From NCBI GenBank assembly GCA_050253415.1, contig JBFWJC010000001.1, forward strand, positions 936,679-1,000,678: a DNA stretch of 64,000 nt, written 5' to 3'. Within the stretch, counting starts at the first letter, position 1. Each line of letters opens with the position of its first letter. The translations under genes were made by a program, and so were the position numbers. Positions 19,275-29,683 of this stretch are shown here, in pieces. Below the pieces are notes generated by a model that ran no database searches, had not been told where the DNA came from, and worked only from the letters and a program-made list of their open reading frames with translations. This stretch comes from Pedobacter sp. (GTDB lineage: Bacteria; Desulfobacterota; Desulfuromonadia; Desulfuromonadales; Syntrophotaleaceae).

Positions 19275-19356
19275 TGATCGATAATAGCAAAGCCGGGGTA
19301 ACTCGGTGACGCAAAACTGCGGGTCCCGATTGGGATAGCCGGGTTGCCGAAATCAT
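19275..19356 (+). ncRNA. GEMM-I cyclic dinucleotide riboswitch, A20 (c-AMP-GMP-type) variant
   Basis: GCAAA-GCCGGG-GTAA-CTCGGT-GACGCAAA, then GGGTCCC-gatt-GGGATAGCCGGGTTGCCGAA; sits in the MCP leader. Confidence 0.88.
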
Positions 19357-19396
19357 ATGGATAATTATAAAGGTTTTCCCAATAGAGATGTTGATG

Positions 19397-19440
19397 ATGC
19401 CCGCTACCGGCTATGTCCTGGTTGCGGGCATTTATTGTTT
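19397..19440 (+). terminator. Riboswitch expression-platform terminator
   Basis: atgcccgc...gcgggcat followed by ttattgttt. Confidence 0.65.
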
Positions 19441-19564
19441 AAAGTCTCATCGATATTTGAATTGAGGTTGTTTTTGTCTGCTATGTGTCTGTCGCTTGAG
19501 TGTTCCAAAAAGTGAATTTTGATAGCTTTTTCAGGCTTGCTTTAACCACAGAAGGAGAAGGTCC

Positions 19565-21655
19565 ATGAAGTTGCGCACGCAATTGTTAATGCCGACGCTA
19601 GCGGTAATTATCCTGTGTCTGTCCGTTTCGGGTTTCGTGACCTACCGGATCGCCAAAAATGCCTTGCAGGAGGCGTTGCAGGGGCAAATGATTTTGGCAA
19701 CGGAGAGCGTGCGGGATCAGATCAACGGCTATATCGGTGAACTGACCCGGACCTTCAAAACCTTGACCGGGCGCAATGTGGTGCAGCAGGTGCTTGCCGA
19801 TAACGCCGACGCCAGCGCCGGCCAGGCTGCTGAGCTGGTTTTACGAAAAATGTTGGCGGATTACCCGGATCAGTTTGAGTTCCTGGCGGTTATCGGACTG
19901 GACGGTATGGCCAAGGCGGCTTCGGATGGCAACCTGGTCGGGACCTTGAATGTGCGTGATCGTGGCTATTTCCAAAGTGCTTTGTCGGGGAAAACCGGAA
20001 CCGAAATTGTGCAGAGCCGCGCCAGCGGCCAACCGGTTATGATTCTGTCTTATCCCGTGAGCGTCGATGGCCGGGTGGCTGGTGCCTGCATCGGGGCCAT
20101 TCAAATGAGTTATTTTGCCAACCATTTCGTAAGTCCGGTGCGCATCGGACAGAAGGGTTACGCCTACCTTGTGGATGACACCGGAACGTTTCTTGCCCAT
20201 CCGGAAAAATCCAAGGTATTCAATGCCTCCATTGCCGATTCCGACTGGGGCAAACAGATGCTCGCCGAAAAAAACGGTTTTCTCGTCTATGCATGGGAAG
20301 GTCAGGAAAAGGTCATAGCGTTTCGCCATATCGATGAGGCTGGTTGGCAGGTGGCAGCCGGAGCTGAGTATAAAGATATTTTTGCGCCCCTTTCAGGTAT
20401 CCTGCAGGGCAATATATGGGCTGCGGTTCTGACCCTGCTGGGTGTATCCTTGGTCCTTTTCATGGTTGTTCGCTCGATTGTGAAAGCGGTTCGTGCCGGC
20501 GTGGATCTGGCTATGGATATCCGTGCCGGAGATGTCAGTCGTCGTTTGCACTTCAAGCGTGGAGATGAGATCGGCGAGCTGGCCGGTGCTCTCGACCAGA
20601 TGGCGCAAGGGCTTGAAGAAAAAGCTCTGTTGGCGGAAAAAGTTGCGGGGGGCGATCTTACGGTTGATATTCACATGGCCTCGGATCGGGACCGCCTCGG
20701 TATCAGTCTCACGCAGATGGTGCGGCGACTCAGCGATATGATGGCTCAGGTGCAGTCGGCAAGCGAGCAGATCGCGGCCGGTTCGCTGCAGGTGGCGGAC
20801 GGCAGTCAGACCTTGTCCCAAGGCGCCACGGAGTCGGCAGCCAGCCTGGAGGAGATCTCCGCATCGATGATGCAGCTCGCGTCCCAGACCCGCTCAAATG
20901 CCGAGAATGCCAAACAGGCCAATATGCTGACCGGCGAAGCCCAGGCCGCTGGTCAGGAAGGCGACCGCCAGATGGAGACATTGATTGCCGCCATGCGGGA
21001 TATTAATCATTCGTCCGACAGTATCACCAAGATCATCAAGGTCATTGACGAGATTGCCTTTCAAACCAACCTGCTGGCCTTGAATGCGGCGGTCGAGGCG
21101 GCACGGGCCGGACAGCATGGCAAGGGGTTTGCGGTGGTGGCCGAAGAGGTGCGAAATCTGGCGGCACGGAGCGCCAAGGCCGCCAAGGAAACGGCGGAAC
21201 TTATAGAGGATTCCACGGTTAAAACCGTTCGTGGTGTGGAAATTGCCGACAGGACCGCAGTGTCCCTGAAAACGATTGTTACGGGTACGGCCAAGGTCTC
21301 GGATCTGGTTGCGGAGATTGCCGCAGCCTCGCAGGAGCAATCAGCTGGCATTGATCAGGTCAGCAAAGGCCTTGATCAGATTGAGACAGTTACGCAGCAG
21401 GCGACGGCCAATGCCGAAGAGAGCGCCGCTGCCGCCGAGGAACTGTCGGGACAGGCGGATCACTTACGACGCCTGCTTGCCGTATTCAAGGTCAAGGGAG
21501 GGCAAAAGCCGGTTGCTGTCAGCGATCAAAGGCCAAAAATCCAACCTGCGGTCAATCTGTCTGTGAAGCCTCGTCAACTCCAGGTGGCTGCTGCAACCGA
21601 GCGTCGCCCGGAGCAAATCATCGCTCTCGATGATGCGGATATGGGCCGATACTAA
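19565..21655 (+). CDS. Methyl-accepting chemotaxis protein (dCache, HAMP, MA)
   Basis: TM-Cache (RGYF, GYAYLVD)-[40 protein letters not shown]. Confidence 0.95.
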   Translation: MKLRTQLLMPTLAVIILCLSVSGFVTYRIAKNALQEALQGQMILATESVRDQINGYIGELTRTFKTLTGRNVVQQVLADNADASAGQAAELVLRKMLADYPDQFEFLAVIGLDGMAKAASDGNLVGTLNVRDRGYFQSALSGKTGTEIVQSRASGQPVMILSYPVSVDGRVAGACIGAIQMSYFANHFVSPVRIGQKGYAYLVDDTGTFLAHPEKSKVFNASIADSDWGKQMLAEKNGFLVYAWEGQEKVIAFRHIDEAGWQVAAGAEYKDIFAPLSGILQGNIWAAVLTLLGVSLVLFMVVRSIVKAVRAGVDLAMDIRAGDVSRRLHFKRGDEIGELAGALDQMAQGLEEKALLAEKVAGGDLTVDIHMASDRDRLGISLTQMVRRLSDMMAQVQSASEQIAAGSLQVADGSQTLSQGATESAASLEEISASMMQLASQTRSNAENAKQANMLTGEAQAAGQEGDRQMETLIAAMRDINHSSDSITKIIKVIDEIAFQTNLLALNAAVEAARAGQHGKGFAVVAEEVRNLAARSAKAAKETAELIEDSTVKTVRGVEIADRTAVSLKTIVTGTAKVSDLVAEIAAASQEQSAGIDQVSKGLDQIETVTQQATANAEESAAAAEELSGQADHLRRLLAVFKVKGGQKPVAVSDQRPKIQPAVNLSVKPRQLQVAAATERRPEQIIALDDADMGRY

Positions 21656-21670
21656 CCAGAAAAAACCATG

Positions 21671-21713
21671 AAAAAAAGCCCGGCAGCGCTATCCTGCGCA
21701 GCCGGGCTTTTTT
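21671..21713 (+). terminator. Intrinsic terminator
   Basis: aaaaaagcccgg...ccgggctttttt. Confidence 0.85.
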
Positions 21714-21868
21714 ATGGACATTTAATCGTCGCGATTCAGCAGATTTGCTTAAGGCAAGGCATGTCAGACCGCTTGCCTTGTGTGGTGGAATGGAGTTAGG
21801 GTGTCAGCATTCATGCGGTCGCATAACGTGGCTGCCGTGGCGAGTCTGATGCCGATGAAGGATAGAGC

Positions 21869-22771
21869 ATGTTTCGTAAAAAGGACGCGATTTTACTGTT
21901 AACCAGCTACGGGACGATGGCGCTGGGCATATTCCTGCCGCAACTTGCTGATCCTTTGCGTTATGCACCGGTGGGCTTTGTCATGTTGTTGTTACTGCTG
22001 TCGTTTCTTGCTATCGATGTGCGAGGTTTGTTGATCCATGCCTTGAAAGCGCCCCTGGCTACCGCCGGGTTGCTGGTGGTGAAAACCGTGCTGATGCCGT
22101 TAGCGATGTATGTCCTGTTCCATTTTGCCTGGGCGGGTTATGAACTTGCTGCCCTGTTGGTTGCCGGCGCATCAACTGCCGTGCTGGCGCCATTTTTCGC
22201 CAATCTGTTTGATGCCGATATTGTCTTGACGGCCGCTGTGGTAATTCTGTCTTCGCTGTTGCTGCCCTTTACTTTGCCACCCCTTGTTTGGGGGCTTGCC
22301 GGTAAGGCCATGCAGGTTGGTGTTCTGCCCATGGTGCAGATGTTGGCGCTGATGATTTTCGTGCCTGCTGTGCTGGGGCGGGCCTGCGCCCGATGGATGC
22401 CAGGCACCACCCAGTGGTTGCTGGGCAACAGTTATCCCCTGTCTCTGTTGGCCGTTGGACTGACCAATGTCGGGGTTTTTTCCCGCTATTCGGAGTATTT
22501 TCTCGAGACCCCGCAGCAGGCGTTGGAGGCCATGGCTGCCGGCAGTGTGATGGTCGTTTGTCTGATGGCCCTGGCAGGTTGGTTCTTGCGTCGCATGGAA
22601 CCCGTTATGCGATCCACGTCCCTGGTGTGTCTGTTGTTCCCGAACTACATTCTGGTGCTGGCTTTCAGTTGCCAGTTTTTCGGGCCCCTGGAGGCTACCT
22701 TCGCGGCAACGTACAGTGTGCCTTTTTTCCTGCAGCTGCTGTTTTTTCGCAAGGTCGGGGGGCTTCGATAG
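21869..22771 (+). CDS. Bile acid:sodium symporter (SBF)-like membrane protein
   Basis: About 9-10 TM segments; SSLLLPFTLP-type helix. Confidence 0.7.
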   Translation: MFRKKDAILLLTSYGTMALGIFLPQLADPLRYAPVGFVMLLLLLSFLAIDVRGLLIHALKAPLATAGLLVVKTVLMPLAMYVLFHFAWAGYELAALLVAGASTAVLAPFFANLFDADIVLTAAVVILSSLLLPFTLPPLVWGLAGKAMQVGVLPMVQMLALMIFVPAVLGRACARWMPGTTQWLLGNSYPLSLLAVGLTNVGVFSRYSEYFLETPQQALEAMAAGSVMVVCLMALAGWFLRRMEPVMRSTSLVCLLFPNYILVLAFSCQFFGPLEATFAATYSVPFFLQLLFFRKVGGLR

Positions 22772-22849
22772 CTTGGTTCGTCTATCCGCACAATAGGATG
22801 TTTGCAAAAACATTGGGCCGGTCTTTGAACCGGCCCTGCTTCGTTGACC

Positions 22850-23362
22850 TTACTCGATGACCGTGACTTTGGTGATGACCACCGGCTCCAGGGGAACGTT
22901 CTCGAATCCTGCCGTTGTTCCTGTGGCGACCCGTTCGATTTCATAGATGACATCCATGCCATCCACCACCTGTCCGAATACGGCGTAGCCGTACATCGCG
23001 GGACTCAATCCGGCATGATCCAGGTCCCGATTGTCTTCCGTGTTGATAAAGAACTGGGCGCGTGCGCTGTCCACATCTTCGGTACGCGCCATGGCGATGG
23101 TGCCGGTTTTGTTTCTAAGCTTATTGCGGGCTTCGTTGACGATCGGCTCACCGGTCGGTTTTTCCGTCATGTCAGCGGTCAGGCCGCCGCCCTGGATCAT
23201 AAAGCCTTTGATGACCCGGTGAAAGATGGTTCCGTCGTAATGGCCGGCTTTGGCGTAATGGAGAAAATTCCCTACACTGATGGGGGCTTTGGCGATATCC
23301 AGTTCCAGCAGGATTTCGCCGAAGTTCGTTTCCATTTGAATCAAAGGATTCGAAACACTCAT
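22850..23362 (-). CDS. Cyclophilin-type peptidyl-prolyl isomerase
   Basis: YDGTIFHRVIKGFMIQGGG, GTIAMART, AQFFIN, YAVFGQV. Confidence 0.95.
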   Translation of the reverse strand: MSVSNPLIQMETNFGEILLELDIAKAPISVGNFLHYAKAGHYDGTIFHRVIKGFMIQGGGLTADMTEKPTGEPIVNEARNKLRNKTGTIAMARTEDVDSARAQFFINTEDNRDLDHAGLSPAMYGYAVFGQVVDGMDVIYEIERVATGTTAGFENVPLEPVVITKVTVIE

Positions 23363-23512
23363 GTTGTAATACCTCCGGTGTTGTCATCTAGATATTGGTT
23401 GGCGGCAGAATTATAGGGGAGATTCGGGTCGGGGGGGAAGGGTAAATATATGTCGATTATATGCCTGCTATGCCGGTTGCCCTGGATCGGTCTGGAAAAC
23501 CCATGCTGGCAT

Positions 23513-23869
23513 TTACGCTGAAGGTGATTGCTTGCCGTTATCATGAGGGCTTCTGCGACTGTCCCAAAGGTGCCGCATGGCCAGCCAGGGATGTCGCCAC
23601 AGCATGCGCGGTCCGGCAAAGCTCATGACCTTGCGAATCCTTGTCCGCTCCGTTGGTGCGTGGCAATTGTGCGGGCACTTGCCACAAGCTGGCTTGGCGT
23701 TGCCGAAGGGGCATTTTCCCAGGCGAATGCAGGTGTTTAGCAGCAGCTGGTGACATTCGGCACATAACTGTTGGCCGGTGCCGTGGTGGGCGCGGCAATA
23801 GATACGAAGCATCAGCTCAAAGGTACGTTGTTCCCGCTCGATACGATTTAAGGACTTTTCCCGTGCCAT
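23513..23869 (-). CDS. YgbA-like (nitrous oxide-stimulated promoter family) Cys-rich protein
   Basis: RE..T...M..IYC..HH, LC.EC..L, CPFG..KP.C.KCP..C, VM.FAGPRML..HP. Confidence 0.85.
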   Translation of the reverse strand: MAREKSLNRIEREQRTFELMLRIYCRAHHGTGQQLCAECHQLLLNTCIRLGKCPFGNAKPACGKCPHNCHAPTERTRIRKVMSFAGPRMLWRHPWLAMRHLWDSRRSPHDNGKQSPSA

Positions 23870-24110
23870 GGATCATGCCTGGGTGAAGGGTTTGTCGGAC
23901 AACACGAATCGTCTCCGCATGAAGAAAAATAGCGTTGTTGCTGTCAGACCTTCTACCATGATTGGAGGTTAAATCGCAACGACGATGCATCATTGAGTAA
24001 AGCCGTAGCGTTGGGCAAGGCAGTTTTGTGGTTTGACAAGCTCTTATGCCATGGTTCAATTGACAACGTTATCCAGGTCCTATGTCCAACCATACTCAAT
24101 GAGGTGTGAC

Positions 24111-24299
24111 ATGCATATCAACGAAGTGCGAGCCCGGGCCAAGGCTGCTGGACTCAACGGTGTCGGAAAGATGCGTAGAGCGGACATTATTCTTCAGATT
24201 CAGCGGGAGGAAAATAATACCCCTTGCTTTGGTTCGGAGCAGCGCAAAGATTGCCCCTACGAAACCTGCTGCTGGCGCGGCGATTGTCTGCAGATCTGA
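24111..24299 (+). CDS. Small SAP/Rho-N-like protein with C-terminal Cys cluster
   Basis: EVR..AK..GL, II..IQ.EE.N.PCF, C....CCWR.DC; GAGG RBS before ATG 24111. Confidence 0.8.
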   Translation: MHINEVRARAKAAGLNGVGKMRRADIILQIQREENNTPCFGSEQRKDCPYETCCWRGDCLQI

Positions 24300-24435
24300 A
24301 GACCCTGTGTCGTGCCCATGCCGATAGTTCGAGCCATGACGTCTGAGCTATTTGGGGTGCTGTAAGGTCGGATTACTCAGGCAGCACCCCGTGACTTCAT
24401 GAATGGCAGGTACGATACCCGTCGCCCTCCGGAGG

Positions 24436-25113
24436 CTAAAACTTGTAACTGACCCCCATGGAGATAACGGGGTAGTAGCGGTAGCTGTCTAGATCGTCCT
24501 CGAGTTCGCGGCGTTCCTGCTCCAGTTCCGCTTGGAAGTCCAGATCGGATGCTATCGGACCGCTGGCCTTCAACGAGAGGTCCGTTTTGCCTTGAAATAC
24601 AACGCCGAGATCGCAAACGAAAGACCAGTGGGGGTTTTTTTCGGAGTTTCCCCAGCCGAGCCCAAGATAGGGGGCCAGGGTGTTGAAGGTGAGCTTGCCG
24701 GAAAGATCTCCCAGTTCTGACGAGGTATATTCCGTATCACCGATCGTATAAGTACTCTGCGATGTGGCAGCGACATTTGCTTTGTTCTTGTTGATCACCA
24801 GACCGGTGCTGATGCGGAATCCGCGGTGTGAAAAGGGATGCCAATCGAGCAGGATGGGGAACGATAGCAGTCTGACATCAAGATCATAGGCGATGTCATT
24901 TTGTGTCGTCTTGAGGTCGAAATTAAAGGCACTTATTCCAACCCTGGCATTGAGATGAGAGGAAATCCCCACCGTAGTATCGGCGCTGATGCCTAAGGTG
25001 CCCGGGCCGACGCCGATAGCAAAGTCGCCCGTATTCGCCGATGCGGTTTGCAGTGTCCCATATGCAAGACTGATCGAAATCAACCCAATCAATACCATTC
25101 TCTTGGCATTCAT
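24436..25113 (-). CDS. Outer-membrane beta-barrel protein
   Basis: Signal peptide, GTLG, LLDWHPF, APYLGLGW, C-terminal YKF. Confidence 0.8.
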   Translation of the reverse strand: MNAKRMVLIGLISISLAYGTLQTASANTGDFAIGVGPGTLGISADTTVGISSHLNARVGISAFNFDLKTTQNDIAYDLDVRLLSFPILLDWHPFSHRGFRISTGLVINKNKANVAATSQSTYTIGDTEYTSSELGDLSGKLTFNTLAPYLGLGWGNSEKNPHWSFVCDLGVVFQGKTDLSLKASGPIASDLDFQAELEQERRELEDDLDSYRYYPVISMGVSYKF

Positions 25114-25211
25114 CGATCCCTCCCCGTATTCTATTCTTAAGTGGGCATACCTTTGGTGTTTTTCACGTTGGTTTCGTTCAACAGACCTGGCCCTTCGAGA
25201 ATGACTGCTAA

Positions 25212-25227
25212 CGCAAGGCTCACGCCG
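25212..25227 (-). promoter_or_regulatory. Sigma54 -24/-12 promoter
   Basis: Minus strand CGGCGTGAGCCTTGCG (GG-N10-GC). Confidence 0.55.
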
Positions 25228-25631
25228 GATTTCTTTTCATAGTGAATTTCTGGACGACGTAGTGCTTTACAGTGGTCGCCTTGCTTCGTCTGTTGCGGGT
25301 CGCCATAGGGGAAGAGTGTCTATTAAGTTTCTGAAATAATTCGGGATTGTTTGTGGTCGGAGGTTGAAGAGGAAAGGCTGCGTGAGGGAGGAAGATTGCC
25401 GGATTTATTTTGTTAATTTTATTTATTGGGATAAAAAGTTTATGTTTTTGCCAAATAGACAGATCTTTTTAGTGATATCGCCGCGATGGGGGACACTTTT
25501 TTGTATCCCCCGGGTTTCCATGCCATAAAATAATTTGGTAGGTAACGGCCGGGAGAGCTTTCCTCTCCCGGCTGTTGTTTTGTAAAGAGACCTTCTGGTT
25601 CCAAGGGAGGTCTCTGTCTTATCAGCGATGG

Positions 25632-26711
25632 TCATCCATTGCCTAACGATTCCCATACCTCAAGTTTTGTTTTGACCCGGCGAATGATCTCGTCGGTAAA
25701 ATCCGTAGTCGTGCAGCTGCCTCCCAGGTCGGGGGTGCTTACACCGCGATGCACGGCCTCGAAGACTGCTTCGTAAATAGCCCGTGAGGCGCGATGGGCG
25801 TCCGGGTTGGCGATATACCGCAACAGCGCTCCTCCGGCCAGAATCATGGCCATCGGGTTGGCGATGTTTTTACCCTGCAAAGACGGTGCGGTGCCATGGG
25901 GAGCCTCGGCCATAACCACTGCGGGGGTCCACTCCTCATCGAAAGACAGTAGCAGCGATTCTGCTCCTGCAATCGATCCGAACATCTGCAAAACGAAATC
26001 GCTCAGGCAGTCTCCGTCCCGATTCAGCGAGGGGATGACCATTCCGTCGCCGGCGTTGGTCAGCAGCAGGGCATAGGTGGCGTCGATCAGTTGCGGTTCA
26101 TAAATCACACCCGGATAGCGTTTGGCCGCTGCATCCATTTCTTCCTTAAGCATGCCCTCGTAAACCGGGCTGACGGTAAATTTGGGTCCTCCGAAAACCT
26201 TGACGCCGAGTTTTTGCGCATGCCGAAAGGCGAATTCGGCAACAGCATAGCAGTTGCGACGGGTAATGTATTCGGTTCGGGAGGCTACTTCATCCAGCCC
26301 TTTACCTTGCCGGGACTCCTGGGCGCCGTAAGCCCCCCCGACAGCCATTCGGACCACGGAGATCGGTGCATAAGCTCCGCCGGACGGGCGGATGCCGGGA
26401 ATGCGTCGCCCCGTACGGACGATGACGGTGCCGTTGACTTCATCGCGCAGAATGGCATTGGGGCTGCCGACATCCCCCTGGACTGCGGGGGTAATGGTGG
26501 CGGCTTTCAATCCCAGTCCGGTTTTTTTCATGGCCTCTGCGGCGGCATAAACAATCTTGTTTTTGGTTGCGCGTCGATTTTCCAAACTTAGATCGAAGTG
26601 TTCAAAATGTACCGGGATGCCGGTGACGGCGGGGTCCAGTACACGTAAACCTTCCAGGAGAAGTTCCTGGCCGGTCTGGTCGCCTTCCAGAACTGCTATG
26701 GTCGAAATCAT
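25632..26711 (-). CDS. Isocitrate/isopropylmalate dehydrogenase family protein
   Basis: GDQTGQE, LKAATITP, SPNAILR, NRDGDCLSD, EAPHGTAP, ANPMAMIL, TPDLGG; GGAGG RBS before ATG 26711. Confidence 0.9.
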   Translation of the reverse strand: MISTIAVLEGDQTGQELLLEGLRVLDPAVTGIPVHFEHFDLSLENRRATKNKIVYAAAEAMKKTGLGLKAATITPAVQGDVGSPNAILRDEVNGTVIVRTGRRIPGIRPSGGAYAPISVVRMAVGGAYGAQESRQGKGLDEVASRTEYITRRNCYAVAEFAFRHAQKLGVKVFGGPKFTVSPVYEGMLKEEMDAAAKRYPGVIYEPQLIDATYALLLTNAGDGMVIPSLNRDGDCLSDFVLQMFGSIAGAESLLLSFDEEWTPAVVMAEAPHGTAPSLQGKNIANPMAMILAGGALLRYIANPDAHRASRAIYEAVFEAVHRGVSTPDLGGSCTTTDFTDEIIRRVKTKLEVWESLGNG

Positions 26712-26978
26712 GGGGCCTCCAGGGCGCTCGAAAAGAGAATCCAAGGTCGGTCGTTTTTTCGTGCCCATAATGGGTTTATTCATAATACAAGATAAGTACA
26801 TTGAACCGATGAACGATACCAACCCATCATATAGGAAAATAATCCTGTCACAAGCAGATTGTACCCTGTGGCGCGTATGTTGCCGGAAGGGTTTTATTTC
26901 AGCCGTGATGCAAGAACAGAGGCCTTTTGGGAAAAAAGGCTCTTCAGTCAATACCTGGTTTAGGGTATCCTGACGTTT

Positions 26979-27731
26979 ATGAATCTTACCTTGTCAAAAC
27001 AGATCAGTGTTGTCCTCGTTGAACCGCAGAGCCCCGGGAATATCGGCATGACGGCTCGAGCCATGGCCAACTTCGGGGTCAGCGACCTGCGCTTGGTCAA
27101 TCCCTGTCAGCATCTGCATCCCGAAGCGCGCAAGTTTGCGGTGGGTGCTGCTCCTTTGCTCGGTAAGGCGCGGATCTTTCCGGATCTGAGCGCGGCCCTG
27201 GCCGATTTGCCGATGGCGGTAGCGGCAACACGCCGTACCGGCAAGCTGCGCGGAGAGTTACTGGATGTTTCAACCGCCGCCTGCCTGGCTGCGAGCAGTC
27301 CGCCGGCCGAACGGGTAGGTCTGGTGTTCGGCCGAGAAGATTCCGGACTCACCAGCGAGGAAGTTTCCCTGTGTACGCACGCTGCCTCCATCGCCACGGC
27401 GCCCGAAGTCGGGTCCATAAATCTGGCCCAGGCGGTATTGGTGTTCCTGTACGAATTTACCCGACAACCCCTTGTTACGGGGAGTGCCCAATCGGTCCCG
27501 GCGGAACGGCCACCGCAGGCGGAGCTTGAGGAACTGTTTGCCCAGATGGAGCAGGTGCTGACGCAGATCGCCTTTCTCAACCCCAGCCGTCCTGCTGCCG
27601 TCATGAACCGTTTGCGCCGCATGATTCACCGCACTGATATCGATAAGCAGGAGCTTTCCCTGTTGCGGGGCATGTGGAGCCAGTTGCAGTGGAGCATTAA
27701 CGACTGGCGCGGTCGCAAGCGTGGCGGTTAA
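26979..27731 (+). CDS. trmJ: SPOUT tRNA methyltransferase, TrmJ/LasT family
   Basis: VVLVEP..PGNIG..ARAM.NFG, LVFGREDSGL, SINLAQAV, LLRG. Confidence 0.88.
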   Translation: MNLTLSKQISVVLVEPQSPGNIGMTARAMANFGVSDLRLVNPCQHLHPEARKFAVGAAPLLGKARIFPDLSAALADLPMAVAATRRTGKLRGELLDVSTAACLAASSPPAERVGLVFGREDSGLTSEEVSLCTHAASIATAPEVGSINLAQAVLVFLYEFTRQPLVTGSAQSVPAERPPQAELEELFAQMEQVLTQIAFLNPSRPAAVMNRLRRMIHRTDIDKQELSLLRGMWSQLQWSINDWRGRKRGG

Positions 27732-27903
27732 TCGCTCGTTGCATGGGACAGTATGGTTTCTTAAGACGTAGCGGATACTATGGTTCGCTGCCCCTTTTTT
27801 CGTTCTGGCGTAGTCCTTGCTCTCTTTAAGACAAATAGGAAGGTTTACTTCCCGACCGAGAGCTGTTTTAAGCATTTGAAGTTTGAGAAAGGACGGTTTG
27901 AAC

Positions 27904-28359
27904 GTGGAAAATCTGACAGAGGAAAAGGTTTGCCACCTGGCTATGAGCCCCCTGTACGTACTGTATCTGGTGGCCTCGGAGTACCTGGCTCCAGAGAAGA
28001 TAACCCAGCGCCATATCGTGCGTGCCATGGAATATGGGCTTGCCGGGCACACACCTTTCAGTGAGGCGATTTTTGAGCTGCTCCGTTCCAATTTGCATGA
28101 ATTTTATGCAGAGTTGTCCGCTGAGAGCAGTGATGAATTTCAGGAGAAGTTACGTGCGGAACTGTCGTCAGTGACCCAAATCCTGGGGCAGCTGTCCGGA
28201 CCTCAGGCGATGATTGAAGATTTTAAGACGGCCCTTAAAAATCTTGCTGTCTTCGTAGCCGGGGGCGGAGTTTTTCGCAAGGATATCCAGAACGCGGGGA
28301 TGCAGGCCCGGGCCGCGTGGATTTCAGCGTTGCTGGATGGTGCATGTCCGAGCATGTAG
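27904..28359 (+). CDS. Hypothetical alpha-helical protein
   Basis: Open frame filling the intergenic space with protein-like composition; start uncertain. Confidence 0.6.
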   Translation: MENLTEEKVCHLAMSPLYVLYLVASEYLAPEKITQRHIVRAMEYGLAGHTPFSEAIFELLRSNLHEFYAELSAESSDEFQEKLRAELSSVTQILGQLSGPQAMIEDFKTALKNLAVFVAGGGVFRKDIQNAGMQARAAWISALLDGACPSM

Positions 28360-28371
28360 CCATCCGACTTT

Positions 28372-29160
28372 TCAGACTTCGACTTGTTGATAGGTGGATG
28401 CAGCCAGGTTTGCGGCGGCAAGATCCCAGTCGATGATCACAATGGTGGAGTCGGGCGAGCTGAAGGATATCAGTCGCTGGCCGTCTTTGACGACCACTGT
28501 TTGCGCTTCGGCAAAGTCGAGGGTGTGGTCGGCACCCGAACGATTGCAGACCAGCAGGGGCAATCCGGTATCCAGAGTACAACGCTCCCACTCACCATTG
28601 GGGCCGTGGAAACCGGGCGCCCAGGAGGCACTGGAAACGAGCATTTTAGCGCCTTGTTGCTTAAGTGCGATGGCGATTCCAGGGGAAAAGGCATCGCCGC
28701 AGATCATGACCCCCACATTACCGACAGGCGGGACCAGGATAGGCGTGGCCTGTGCGCCGGGGCTGGACCAGGCTTCAGATCCCACGCGCAATGCATTGAT
28801 TTTGCGATGTCGGCCGATGATCATGCCGTTGGCGATGACGAATACCGAATTAAACAGATGTCCGGAATGTTTGTCACGCTCCGGGTGGGCGAGGAAAACC
28901 GTGACCTGCAGTTCGGCAACCTGTTGGCAGAAGGTTGTCATCCATGAATCCGGTTGCGGAGCGATCCAGTCGGTGCCGATACGATCGGCGAAACTATAGC
29001 CGCAGACGCAGAGTTCCGGGGTGATAATCCATTGTGCACCAAGACGTGCCGCCTTGTTGACGGCCTGGATCAGCAGGTTGCGATTCCCTTCAACATCGCC
29101 CGGCACGGGCGCAAGGTGCAAAAAGGCTATTTGTAGGATGCCGGGCCGGACTGTTTTCAT
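28372..29160 (-). CDS. Carbon-nitrogen hydrolase (nitrilase superfamily)
   Basis: Triad TPE(LC), HRK, MICGD; start trimmed to ATG 29160. Confidence 0.9.
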   Translation of the reverse strand: MKTVRPGILQIAFLHLAPVPGDVEGNRNLLIQAVNKAARLGAQWIITPELCVCGYSFADRIGTDWIAPQPDSWMTTFCQQVAELQVTVFLAHPERDKHSGHLFNSVFVIANGMIIGRHRKINALRVGSEAWSSPGAQATPILVPPVGNVGVMICGDAFSPGIAIALKQQGAKMLVSSASWAPGFHGPNGEWERCTLDTGLPLLVCNRSGADHTLDFAEAQTVVVKDGQRLISFSSPDSTIVIIDWDLAAANLAASTYQQVEV

Positions 29161-29361
29161 AGCAGATGAATTCCTTCTTTTGAACGTGTGAGTCTGGTTA
29201 AGGCGTTTTCCCTGGCATGTTGCAGCATTCACTCCCGTGCAAATGTCCTTGTCGCTGTTCCCGCCTGAATGACATAAATCCTCCGCATCAAAATTCCGGA
29301 TATGATAAAATGCAAGTATGAGTATAAATCGAAGGTCGCATGGCTGGAAAGGATATATACC

Positions 29362-29586
29362 ATGAGAAAAATTTATGAATGCGAAAAATGCGGAGTGGTG
29401 ACCAGTGAACGTGACCATCTCTGTGTCCCCAGATCTGTGGACACGATGGACAGTTATTGTGGCTCCACCGGCAACATTTCAAATATGTGTGACAGTATTC
29501 GGGAAAAAGCGGAATACACCTGCGTGACTTGTGGACGGACGGCGGAGAAGGCCGATCTGGTTTGCGATACGGTGAAATTGCACTAA
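29362..29586 (+). CDS. Small Cys-rich protein with duplicated YxCxxCG...C motif
   Basis: YECEKCG...HLCVP and YTCVTCG...LVCDT; AAGGA RBS before ATG 29362. Confidence 0.8.
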   Translation: MRKIYECEKCGVVTSERDHLCVPRSVDTMDSYCGSTGNISNMCDSIREKAEYTCVTCGRTAEKADLVCDTVKLH

Positions 29587-29628
29587 ACATAGGTTGAAAA
29601 GCTTACAAATCTATTGATGTAAAGATCG

Positions 29629-29662
29629 TAAAAGGGGTCTGGCACAAGCCGGGCCCCTTTTA
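29629..29662. terminator. Bidirectional terminator
   Basis: taaaagggg...cccctttta between convergent genes. Confidence 0.8.
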
Positions 29663-29683
29663 TGTTTAGCCGATGATCTTAAT

